NCBI GenBank assembly: GCA_032718475.1
Contig: JAUCBJ010007269.1
Location: 1 to 51,232, forward strand
From: Nemertoderma westbladi
Lineage: Eukaryota; Animalia; Xenacoelomorpha
Direction of reading: 5' to 3'
Length of the DNA: 51,232 bases
Shown: positions 1 through 11,343 of the stretch, one piece after another
Numbering within the stretch: the first letter of the stretch is position 1
Layout: the number at the start of each line of letters is the position of its first letter
The notes under the pieces: generated by a model
What the model saw: only the letters and a program-made list of their open reading frames with translations
The model's database searches: none
Told to the model about the DNA's origin: nothing
Program-made: the position numbers and the translations under genes

Positions 1-1720
1 ACCATCTACTCCACTGGCATGATTGGTCTTAATATTCTTTGCAGCAGCCTTACTACTTCAGCGAAGAAGATATCGCCAATGGGAATATCTGGGAGTACAG
101 ACTCAGACACTTTTACTTCTATAAAGTTATCAGGCAATACCCTGTCATTAAAGAGGAGCTTTTCAAAGTGGGCCTTCCAACCATTGAGGCGATCGGCTAG
201 TGATTCAGCCTTAATCTTGGTGGTTGGTTGGCTTTTCCACCCAGTAAGCAAGTTGATCTATTTCCATGCCAAGGATGATTGCCTGCTGTCATCAGCATCT
301 GTGATGGCATCAACCTCTTGGTTTATTAGCTGTTGTAAATTAACAGAGTACTGCCTGTTCAGGGACCTAGATGCAGCCTTAACTGCTTGGCCGCTGTAGT
401 CTGTTTGAGTTGGGACTCTTTCTGCGCCTTATAGAGGTCATTTTGGCACTTCTGAATTTTGTTGTCAGTTCAGGGGGCCCTTTTCCTGTTTTGAGGGTAT
501 ACAGGAACTGTTTCTGCAGCTGCTAACTTAACTGCTTCTGTGAAGGCAGTATAGCCCTCGCAGTGATCTGCCACATCAGAGGCAAGAACCTCATACCTGT
601 TGCTCAGCTGTAGTGTGATGCTGGATCTCACACTTGGCTGTTGCAACAGAGAGGACCAGTCATGCCGCAGCAAGGCAGATTTTGTAGTTCTGCTAGCACG
701 CAGACTAAGTCTTACCTTGGCCACAATAAGGTGGTGATGTCTGGAGAAGGGTCGAAGTGTAAATGCATTACAGTCTTGTATAGAGCTCCTTTATTTCCTA
801 TGAAACAGAATACGGTCTATCTGGGACTTGTGACCACTGGGTCCACTATGAGTCCATAGCTTTTCAGTTTGCTTCTTGAACTGGGTTGCAACCAAGGTGT
901 ACTAAATAACAGGTCATGCAGCGAGCGGATTGCTGAAATTAGCGGAGGCTGATCGTTTCCCTATTTATGGAACTGATTTCATAATTGGATAGTCATAATT
1001 GGAAATTATCGTAATTCCCGTCACCATGGAAACGGGATTGAAAAAAAATGAAAATGTAAAATAATTTGATAGACTTTTATTCCCTTTACTCATATACCAA
1101 ATCTCAAGAACATAATCCATTGTCGTTTTGAATTACAGGCACTCGAAATATAAATTTTGCACCCGGTTACCTTGGCAACTACAAGATAAAAATTCCAGAA
1201 AGACATTTTATTACATTGCTATGAATCCTAGTCATCATATCCACCTAACCAAAGTTGCATAAGAGAGGTTTCTACGAAAATATTATGAAAATAGTGTCAT
1301 AAATAGGGAAACGATTGGCCTCCGCTAATTTCAGGAATCCGCTCGCTGCATGACCTGTTATTTAGTACACCTTGGTTGCAACCGAAAACAATCCATTTAC
1401 AGAGATAAAATCCTGATAATGGATGGAATTTCGGTTAACACTATTGCTATAGAAACAGGGTGATGTAGGTGATTATTGCAAACTTGCATTATAGTCTCCC
1501 AGGAATGTTAAGAATGCATGCTGCTCCATTCCATCAGTAGCTGCTTGCAGATTGTGGTAGAAATTTTCCACCTCCTCTACAGGGGCAACACTAATTGGAG
1601 AATAGCATACAATCAGAACCACCTTAGGAAACTTCTTAGCCAGTCTTCCAGCTCCCTGCCCAAATCGGGCTAAATACTCGAAATATTCATTAAACTCACC
1701 GAGTTTGGTCCTTAGATTAC
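1..1720 (-). mobile_element. Degenerate RTE-like LINE fragment (APE endonuclease and linker), interrupted by a MITE
   Basis: Minus-strand translation gives VLIVCYSPISVAPVEEVENFYHNL...FLGDYNA (about 1490-1620), SQIDRILF and HHLIVAKVRL (about 715-830) and WKAHFEKLL (ORF 6-251), all typical of the LINE APE domain and the linker after it. Contains stops and frameshifts; ends approximate. Confidence 0.75.
893..1374. mobile_element. Non-autonomous TIR element (MITE) with 8-bp TSD, P- or hAT-type
   Basis: Imperfect TIRs of about 85 bp, CAAGGTGTACTAAATAACAGGTCATGCAGCGAGCGGATT...AATCCGCTCGCTGCATGACCTGTTATTTAGTACACCTTG, flanked by the direct repeat GTTGCAAC (885-892 and 1375-1382). Confidence 0.85.
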
Positions 1721-3029
1721 CTTGGTCTACCGTGTGGTTGAATATTCCTAAGTATTTGAATATTCTCCATCCATGGTGTAAGAGATCGTTAATCGTTAAT
1801 AATAGTGCATGTTAGCACTGAGACTGACTACAAGTATGATTGCCTAGTCACATGGGTTGGTTACGTTTTTGGCACAATCAGCTGTTACACTTACTGTATA
1901 ATATAATATGTATTATTAAATTCATTCAGGTACATTGTGGCACTTGGCTACTATATGTAGGCCCGAGTTTTACTCTTGACTACCTAATCCTTGAAACTGG
2001 TGACTATCCAACAGCTTTTGATTTCGACCCATTTTTCGATAACAAGATTGCTGCAATTCGACCTCTACCACATGTAAGTTTTAATTTGACACATATGTAA
2101 ATACTTACATAGCTATTATGGTTAGATATGTATGGTGTACTACCAGGACAACTGAACCGCAATGAAAGGCCATTTACACTACAGTATAAAAAACGTGTTT
2201 ACTTGTACTGACGCGACGAAACTATCATATAATATTTCAAAACCCTGAAATTTAAATACGCCACAAATTATATCTTATTCAAATTATTCAAACAAATCAT
2301 ATTTTCATAAAAATATAACCGATGTCATTTGGCCAAATTAGAAAATTGTTAATATTCCCTCAAGAGGCTTAATAAGATTTTGTTAGGTGGAATATATAAT
2401 ATACAATATATAATTTATCAGATGAGAGAAACCTATTGGGGCTTGATATCTCAGAATGAGGTTTTTGGAGTTACATCCCTTTACCTTTTGAGGTCATAAT
2501 TACTGTTCCACACTCCTTGTCTTACAAAAAAAGTTACGGTTACAAACAGATACAACCTTGAAAAACTACAGAACTACTTACTAATATTAGTATAAAACAC
2601 AGGCATAAGATATTTTAACAGGAACCCAACTAAGGAACCTGCCAATCCCATATTAAACCTGCCAACCTAATCTATCAGCTCTAAGAGAATTCTAGGCAAT
2701 TATATTTTTTCTATAACCAGTAAACAGTTAACAGTAGGCCTAGCCTGCAGTAAATACTGAATTGTAGTCGATAGAGATATCATCTACTAAGGTTACAATA
2801 AAGTCACTACATACTATATGGTCAAGCCAGGATGTGGTAGTGTACGTGAAACACAGAAGTGCCTACCATAAAGAGGCCCCTTGTCTAGATTCACTGGGGA
2901 AGTCCCAAACACATTACTTGCAAGATAACCCGCTAAGGTGAGGTAGATCCTGTGTAGGCAATAGATGTTCTTGAAGTAAAATTATATTCGATATTATATA
3001 TTATATAGTCACAGAGCTTTAACAATACA

Positions 3030-4180
3030 GCATGACTAGGGCCATTCAAACCAAGACATCAGATGGTGGATCGGCGTTGTCATTTGATATCAGATCAGCC
3101 ACTAGACCACCAGTTTCTGTCACAGTTGAGGCAATATGGTCAGGTCAACCCCTGAATTCCTCGATGATATCATACCTGGCAAAGGGAACTCCAGTCAAAT
3201 GCCTCCTGGATTCAAACCAGTCTCGAACCATAGTACTGATTGGCCATTTATCTGCAGCAGAGTCTAAAGACTTCAGGATCAGGGCCTCGTTCCATGTGCA
3301 AGTGAGAAGAAAGGATTTGAATTTGCATCATCTGGTATCTGTTATAAGTTTTCTTTTTGTTACAAAACCAAATGCATCCAGTGCAAAGAAATCCAAATCT
3401 ACTTTAATATAATGCCAAATCTACCTCAAAGGATAGGCCAGCTTCATTTCTGGCATAAAAGACTATAGGCAGTGTTGATGTTGTATTCTATCCTGCACTG
3501 GTTACAACACGGTCACCTGATGTGGCTGATGGAAGCTTGTGAAACTGGTCTTCCATGTCATCCAATTCAATTCATCCCACTTCCATAGTTGTTGTCAGTG
3601 AGTGATTGACTGGCAGTAGTCTGTGCAGGTGCAGGCAGTTCTCCTGAAATGGGACCATCCACTCTCCGCACACGTATGTTGGTCGTTGATCCACCCTATA
3701 CTATTGCAGTATACAGTTGAGTTGACCCATTCAGTACCGGTGCCAGACCTGGTGCCAGTTTCTTTTCCAGTAATGCCACCCTGTCCTTCAGGGCACTGAG
3801 TTTCTAGGATAAGGCAGTATAAGTCTGAAGAAGCTGGATTAACTGGAGGTAATTTCGTGAAGTCATGCGCAACAAACCTGGGTTTGGGATCGAGGTTCGG
3901 ATAGAGGAGGAAGATTCAAATATGTTCAGGACTTCTGTAAATCGCAGTTTACTATCTCCTGTATGTCTTTGTCCACATTTTCTACACAACTCACGACCAT
4001 CTGGTATCCATCCATTCGAGGAGAATGCTCCTTCGTACTCCACAGAACTAAAACCTAGCCAACACACAAGGGTCTCTACCAAGCCATAAGTCATTGTGTC
4101 CTTTTGTGTGCCTTTTTGTGTCTGCAGCCATCCAAAGCAGAGAACGACATTTTCAAAAAGGGATGCACTGACTCCCATGG
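3030..4180 (-). pseudogene. Decayed coding-like sequence of unknown origin
   Basis: GC content is higher than the flanks. ORF 3804-4178 contains a CxxCxxxH motif (CRKCGQRH), and further protein-like minus-strand stretches broken by stops continue to about 3030. No family recognised. Confidence 0.3.
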
Positions 4181-4639
4181 CATGTACATATATTTCACTA
4201 GTCTAATTCAGAAAGGAAAAAAAATTTCGATTGACTTTTTTCAGCACCAAAATTTCAGGTAGTGAACAATTTTTTAAAAATTTGAAAGTTATAATTTTCA
4301 GCTAATCGTTTTTGAATACAGGTTTTCTGGGGAAGTTTTCACCGTAAATTTTTTCACCTACAGTCCAAATGTCGTAGGAATTCAATGAATGATTACAAAA
4401 ATACAGTGGGTGAGCCGAATCAGCCATCCTCAGTGCTGCCAATGGTCTAAACTAAACACCCCCAATGCTAATAGAGGGTTAAAATCTATGACTACTGGCA
4501 GAGTGGTACCAACAACTGCACTGCAATGTCTATATACAAAAGTGTTAAATAAAAAGTGTAATCTAGAAAAAATGTATTCCTTTTTTAACTTTTTTGAAAA
4601 AGTGTAAAATGCTACTACTACTAATTGGATGACGCATAC

Positions 4640-5190
4640 TTGGACAGAGGAAATGAGATCCTTCCAGGCTTCCCGATTCTCCATGACTCCGTAATTTCGT
4701 TTTTCACAAGTTCAGTATCCCTTTCAAACTGGTCTATATTGTTATATACATATATGTTATAACCGGTCATCCATGGGTACCCTTTCTATGTGTTGGTTGC
4801 CAGAAAAGTACATCTGGTATGAACTCGTCTTTACTTCTCCAGCAGTGCCCTCTGAATCTTAATCAGCATTCACAGTGGGTGGTTGATACAGGTGGTATAG
4901 TTAGTACCATAGAGCTCGGCGTTCGTCATAGGTTGTTCCAGCTGATGTTTAGGGTTTCCCATAATAGTCTTGTGTAGCAACCCTCAATTCGGTGTTCAAG
5001 TGATTTCGTCAGTGTCCAGATCTCACCTCGGATAAAAAAAAATACACTTGTGGCTGTGGTTCAAAAGAACTTATTCTTCATGTGCATGGAGAGATCTGAT
5101 TTCCAGATGGTATCCATTTTTGATAGAGCTACCCAAGCCTTTGCTTTCCTAACTTCTATGTCCTTTTTGCCTATGTCTATGTCCTGAACT
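4640..5190 (-). mobile_element. RTE-like LINE 3' fragment (post-RT region)
   Basis: Minus-strand peptides KAWVALSKMDTIWKSDLS, GCYTRLL, RFRGHCWRSKDEFIPDVLFWQP and MENREAWK match the C-terminal region of RTE-type ORFs. Degenerate. Confidence 0.75.
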
Positions 5191-5819
5191 TCTGTCTCAC
5201 AATATAATAATCCAAGTAATGTGCTAGAAATCCCCAAACCTAGATAACATAAGTTTTTGTAGAAATTTGTCTCATATTTAATCCATAATGCACTGCATTA
5301 TGGATTGCAGTATAGTTTAATATAACCAATTATTGCATTTTTAACCTTAGGATGGCATAATGGTGTTTGACTTTGAAAATTTTGGTGGAAATACAAAGAT
5401 TTTCACTGATGATGAACAAAACTTAGCAACACATCATGGAATTGTAAATGACAAAATTGCATCTGTCATTGTGATCGAGGGAGTGTGGAAGCTTTACCGG
5501 TAAGTTGATCTTAACTATGGTGGAAAAAGATGGCAAATATCGGAAATTAATGTATTTTTTGGAAAGCCATCTACTTATGGGATTTTAAGGTTAATCTCAT
5601 AATATGCAGCACTGCCTAAACTGTAGAAAAGAAAATATTAAAATTAATACAGTCCCACCATGTCAACTCAAGCCACTGGGTGAATGATTCTCGTGTATGG
5701 GGGTGGGGATGGGGGCGGCATAGAGGAAGATAGGTCTTCGAGGTAAAAGATAAAAGGCATAGGATTGTACACTTCCATTTTGTCTGAAAAGCACATTGGA
5801 TTAATGGTAATATCATTTT

Positions 5820-6660
5820 AAGAGCACCACAGATCCATTTGATGTCAACCTGCCCCTGTCACCCAGTGGAAGCTCTTACGCTCTGTAGATGGACTCCATC
5901 CTACACTCCCAATTTCCAGATACCACGTCCCGAGCACTGGCAAACCCCACTGACCTTGCATATGCAGGGGCCTGTTTCCAAGCCATTTCAACAGAGAGTC
6001 TAGGCCTACATTTCCTAAATAAGAAATTAAGGCTTTTCTTGGAGTACTGGATTTGGGTTTGTATGGCTTCAGGTCCTTCACCCTGTCCCACCACTGCTGA
6101 CCCATTTGGGGACCATCGCATTGGCTGTGGCAGTGAGGGAGACAGAATCACCCCACATGACTCACTCCAGAATGATATCTTCCAATGAAGCCTGGCGTTC
6201 AAGTGCCCCAGAGTGAATTAATGTCCTTTATTGATCTCTGGCTCCCATAGTCGCTCTGCTGACGTGTATCTCCAAAAATGGAAGAAGGGTCAGCCCATGG
6301 CTCTGGACATCACTTTTATAACCTCCTCATCATTCCTGAAGCATCTCACATGCAATCACAACATCTGGCCATGCACTCACGATTGCCAAAGAGCGACTCG
6401 CCGCCCACTTGGAGGAGTGCCGCAACTCATGTGATTCACAGCCCCTTGTGGTGGAGGCTCTGGGAGGATTGGATTCCCACTCAAATGAAATCCTTCAGGA
6501 ATTCGCGCATCTGCAGAGTGTGCCATGGCATTCCTGTGTCCAACTCAGTCAAGCACCAGAACAAGTTGTTTTTAGAATTACATAAGAACCGCATATCCGA
6601 CTAGCTAATGTTCAAGGCCTACCTACCTAATGCAGGTCATGCGATTGTGGGACATGGAGG
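5820..6660 (+). mobile_element. CRE-like non-LTR retrotransposon 3' fragment (zinc motif plus restriction-like endonuclease)
   Basis: AGACFQAISTESLGLH, CPTTADPFGDHRIGC...RITPHD, RSADVYLQKWKKGQPMALDIT and PLVVEALGG resemble the CCHC / RHD / RPAD-D / P..E..G motifs of RLE-encoding CRE elements. Frameshifted. Confidence 0.7.
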
Positions 6661-6759
6661 CAGACATGGAGACCTACTTTGCAAATTAATTATTTTTAAT
6701 TACTTTATGCTTGTTTTAAAGCCAATAAAGAGTTACAGCATGGTCCTATATTCCGGGGG

Positions 6760-7440
6760 GAGTAGAGAGGAGCAGTGGGGGTCTAAGGATACGTACTATA
6801 GTCGGGATGATGGGAAGTAGATGGGGAAAACTAGTATTAAGTTTTAGAGGGAGCCTGCGTACACCATAGCATTCAAGTTTATTTAGTAGGATTTTATGGT
6901 TGATTGTATCGAAAGCCTTTTTCAGATCAATGCAAATAGCGCAGGTTGTGTGTTTCTGGTCTAGTGCTTATGAATTTTTTCAATGACTGAGAGGAGGGCA
7001 TGCGATGTGGATGTTTCAGGGTGAAAACCATATTGAGAATTTACAGTATGAAGTATTTTGAGAGGTCTGTTGGATCTTCGGTTTTAAAGGATGGAATAAT
7101 TTTAGCTATTTGCAGTGATTTGGGGAAAAATCCCAGGGTTATAGAGAGGTTTATCAGGCTACTTAGATGGATATATATAGGTATATAGCTGCCAGTAGAA
7201 TAAGTTTGGTAGAGAAAGAGTCGTTGGTTGCTGATTTAGGATTAATATGTAATAGTAAATACACTACTTCTATAGGCGTAGTTTCTGTTAGAGAGAATAA
7301 ATTAGGTCATCGATTCGATTGAGGAATGTGGCCTAGCAGGGAGCGATTATAGGTCGGTAATGTATTATTTAATTTAGTACCTATAGTAGAAAAGTGTTCA
7401 TTTAGGATGTTTGCGATTTTAGTAGGATCTCGAGTGGTTT
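6760..7440 (-). mobile_element. CR1/L2-like LINE reverse transcriptase N-terminal fragment
   Basis: Minus-strand CAICIDLKKAFDTINHKILLNKL (about 6875-6945), QYGF, and LQIAKIIPSFK. Confidence 0.75.
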
Positions 7441-7539
7441 CTATTTTATGATATTTTACTTTTTTATTTATTTATTTATTTCCTCGATAAGCAATAACAA
7501 TAATAATATTGATATACACACAGATTCCCAACTATAATA

Positions 7540-7870
7540 TAAAGCAAAAAGAAAATGTTCAAAAATATACTTCTTTTTGATTATAAATGAATCTGCTGGA
7601 CATGGTGGGGGTAAACTGCCACTATAGCTACATGCTAGTGCAGCTTCAGTCTACCACCAATAATTGGAGGAAAGGAGTCTGAAAAAAGTAAAGAAAACAT
7701 TTTGACCAAATGGAAATATTTTGACCAATAATACCAAGAAACTGAAAATAACCTTCGAAGGGACCAAACCTGGAAGAACATCTTAGACAGAGGGAGGGAT
7801 TTTGGCAATGTACATTAGGAACAATTGCTCCATGGGGAATCAACTCCATAAATGAAGCAATATCGAATAA
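7540..7870 (+). mobile_element. Penelope-like element GIY-YIG endonuclease C-terminal fragment
   Basis: Plus-strand EEHLRQREGFWQCTLGTIAPWGINSINE (about 7773-7856) matches the RE..W...L.T..P.G.N ending of Penelope GIY-YIG domains. Confidence 0.6.
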
Positions 7871-8779
7871 TAAAGGAGTTAATGTCTACAAGGATTGGTG
7901 AATGATAGAGAATATTCAAAACTAAACATATTTATAATACAGGCTAGCTAGGTTGCTAGGAAACTACAGTATAATTTAAATAGAACATAAGTGCAAAATG
8001 CTAATAATTGATTAAATTACCCGTAAACCTGAAAATTTGCAAAAGAGTAGCTATATTTTTTAAGTGACTGAGTGGTTTATATTTATTTATTGAAAAATAT
8101 AATATAGAGAAATATTTATTTGTAAGCCACCTGACACACATATGGTTAGAGTTGAAAGAGATTTTAAAATATATAGTTTATGTTATTATGTAGTATATAT
8201 ATATATGTAGTATATATTGTGTAGATTTATTAGTGCCTAGATCATCATGTATAGTGCGCTTTAAAAATACAATTATTATTATTATTATTATTTTAGCAGA
8301 ATAGTTTATTTTAGCAAAATTTTATAATTGCAAAGGATGTAGTGTAATCCCTAAGGAAATCCTAATTGATTTGGTGATAATATTTTGAATTTGCATAGAT
8401 ATGAAATGAATTGAGAATAAATATCTTTTTCACGTATTTTTTTTTTTATTTTTTTTTTTTAATAGATGCATGAATCAGCAAGATGATTAATAATTATAGT
8501 TTTATATAACGAATTAAGTAACACGACAAGTACCACGAATTTAAACCCAACAGTGACAATAGACCTCAAATACAATTGATTAATTTTTTTTTTCTACCAT
8601 GTTGGAATATCAAGGTTTATTAATGAATAAATGAATCAAATATATATTATAACAATTACACTTGATGAATATTAAACTAAGTCGTACCAAATAAATATTA
8701 ATATCGTTATTTTAACATAAAATTTGAGTAAAACTACTATTTCTTGTATAAATATTGTTAAATTTTTAGATTTATTAAG

Positions 8780-9900
8780 TGCTGAATTTATTATTAGTCA
8801 CGTTTTTCGTATGTTTTTGGAGTTTATTTTAAGTTGTTTAGCGTAGTATTGTTTCTCAGCGGCTCGTAGTGTACTAGTGAGTTTGTTTCTTCTGTAAGTA
8901 GTAAATGTGATGTGGTTTGGTTAGCTTTACTGTAATTGGGTGTTTAATATAGTACCTGAAAAGTGGTCATTATAAAATACATGTCAAATTGTTCTTTTTT
9001 GGGGTTGTGGGTGAAGTGTAGCTCCAAGGGGATGGCGATTCGATATTACCTAAAAAAAATTTGGCAGTTAAATTTTGAGTAGTCAAACATTGTATAATTT
9101 ATCTGAGAATTAAAATAGTATTTGTAGTTTTGAAACATAGTGAAGGTCGATTGGTGGTCAGAAGATCCAATTTTTATATTAAATGTTCAAGATGTTGTAG
9201 CTTGTAGTAGTTATATTTGTTATAATGTGATCGATACAGGATTTACTCCAGGGGGTAACTCGGGTAGGATCGTGTATTAGTTGAATAAAACATAGGTGTT
9301 TAGGATGTTTATGTATTCAGTAGGTTTGTCTTTAGAAGTTGGTAGTAAATCAATGTTAGTGTCACCAGTAATAATTACATCGCATCGGGTGTTAGCTAGA
9401 GTAGAGAGAGTCGAGTCTAGAAGAGTGAAAAAATCGTTGCGTTTCATCGTTTCCAGTCGGTATAGAGTTCCTATAAGTAAATGTTTGGATTTGGGGCATT
9501 TAATTTCGATCCTTGAGATTTCAAGGTGACTCATTTTGAAATCTTGTCTTTCCAAAGCCTCAAAATGTTTCTTCACATATATTGCTGTGCCACCCCTGTC
9601 AAGTTAACCTTTATGTTAACGTTTATGATAAGTTAACGATTATCTATATGGTGATTTGTAGCCATTTGTTTTTAATTGGTCTATGTTTGAGAGTCTATGT
9701 TAGTAGACATGAGCCGCAGGGTAAATGAAAATGATTATTACAAATAGAGCAACTAAAATTATAGTCAGAGGGTTCGAATCTCGAGAAGCAGAAAGAACAA
9801 GATTGTATTATGTGGGGCATGGGAACAGAGGGAGGGGGGAAGTGAGATGGGTTATAGAAAATAACGATACACAAAACCATATACAAGAATAAAAACTGCA
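8780..9900 (-). mobile_element. CR1/L2-like LINE 5' fragment (PHD-like finger and APE endonuclease)
   Basis: LLIGTLYR...IITGDTNIDLL...DPTRVT...SCIDHIITN (9220-9576) is an APE domain. CSFC...CSICNNHFHLPC (ORF 9695-9901) is PHD-like. Probably the same LINE as 6760-7440, split by later insertions. Confidence 0.75.
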
Positions 9901-10065
9901 ACAGAACACAGAAACACTATATACGATATCCCACGTGAGGTACCAAATAACATACACTAACTACCTACAAAGTACTGACTGGGTGAGAATTGCTGCCAAA
10001 AAATTATAATAGTAGAGGATTTCTTCGTGTCCTCTACTATATTAGCAAATATTTTCAATAAAATA

Positions 10066-11265
10066 TGTTCGCGCTTTTGAAGACCTTTAGCAGTTTAACC
10101 TGCCAAAATTTATATGTCTTTTAGTTAATTAAAACACCTTTAGCATACGACAATATTTTATGCTAATAAACAAAACATTACCCGAAGTCAGCCCATGCGC
10201 GATCATTCACCCGATGGATCTACACCCGGGAGGCTGAATTCGGCTGCTTAAATTTTATTATTGCAGTGTAAGGTTGCAGTGTAAACTTACTGTATTATTC
10301 GATTGATCGTTATTAATTAATTTCTGACAGATATTATTGGCTTTCGGGAAATATTAACAGTTCCTTTAGGACGTGGCGCTCTATCTATTTAAACAGGGCT
10401 AGGACTTATACCAAACGCAACGATACTGCTTATGATTAAAGTATAAGGCGCATTCTTTAGGAAATGCTTTGTTACCAATCACAATCATGCACACTATTCT
10501 GCCGACCGTCAGTAAATTTGATCACACATAAAGAGAGCAACAATTGACTCATGTAGGGTCTGCTAAATAACATTAGATTCAATACACACCACATTAATAT
10601 AAATCGCAATTGTTATATATAGCCCGTCTCTCTAACCTGTAGTGTATCAAGAAAATTGGGAATTTTGGGTGATTTATCCGTATTCTCCAAAGAGCAATAT
10701 TTCCATCAACAAATAGATACAATTAATAACTGACGGTAAATAACAGTACAAACAATATGATTAATAGTGAGTTAATTAGATCAGATAAGATTGATTGATT
10801 AGTTGATTAGATAACAGTTTATACTTTCGATAATTTAAGCAGTTTTACTAGAGTTCTTCCCAAAAAGCCGGTGTTATGGCGAAAATGGGAACACAACAAC
10901 AGAATCATATAAAATCATATGACTACTAGCTATACGAGGATACCAACTACCCTTATTCCACAAAGCTCCCGTTCAACACAGAGGATGAGCAGTGAGATAG
11001 GAAATTCAGTTCAGTAGCTCTGGGATAGGTCGAAATCAACGCCCACTCAAATTCTATTGGCCGATACGGACAGCAGGGCTTAGGCAACCTCCCTAGGCTG
11101 GTTGGCCGATTAAACTGAGCCCAGATACCTCCGTACAGCACATCAGCCAATAAGCTGGTAGCTTGCACTATTTTACCTATAGCTCCCTTTTAGAGTATTC
11201 TAGCGACCGGGGGGGAACTGGCCAGCAAAGGCAAACGTATCAGTTATCCCACAAAAGCTTTTACA
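10066..11265 (-). repeat. 3' LTR of element A (1200 bp)
   Basis: On the minus strand it starts TGTAAAAGCTTTT and ends AAAGCGCGAACA, the same termini as the LTRs of element B. The 3' half aligns with the element B LTR (e.g. AGCGCCACGTCCTAAAGGAACTGTTAATATT). AATAAA at about 10254-10259. Confidence 0.9.
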
Positions 11266-11273
11266 CCGCTCCC
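11266..11273 (-). promoter_or_regulatory. Polypurine tract of element A (GGGAGCGG)
   Basis: Immediately 5' of the 3' LTR; identical to 44732-44739 in element B. Confidence 0.8.
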
Positions 11274-11343
11274 AGAAAATGGGATTTAAGTCTATAAAAT
11301 ATACAAAATCACAGTTTCTAAAATATAAAAATACTCTAAACAG

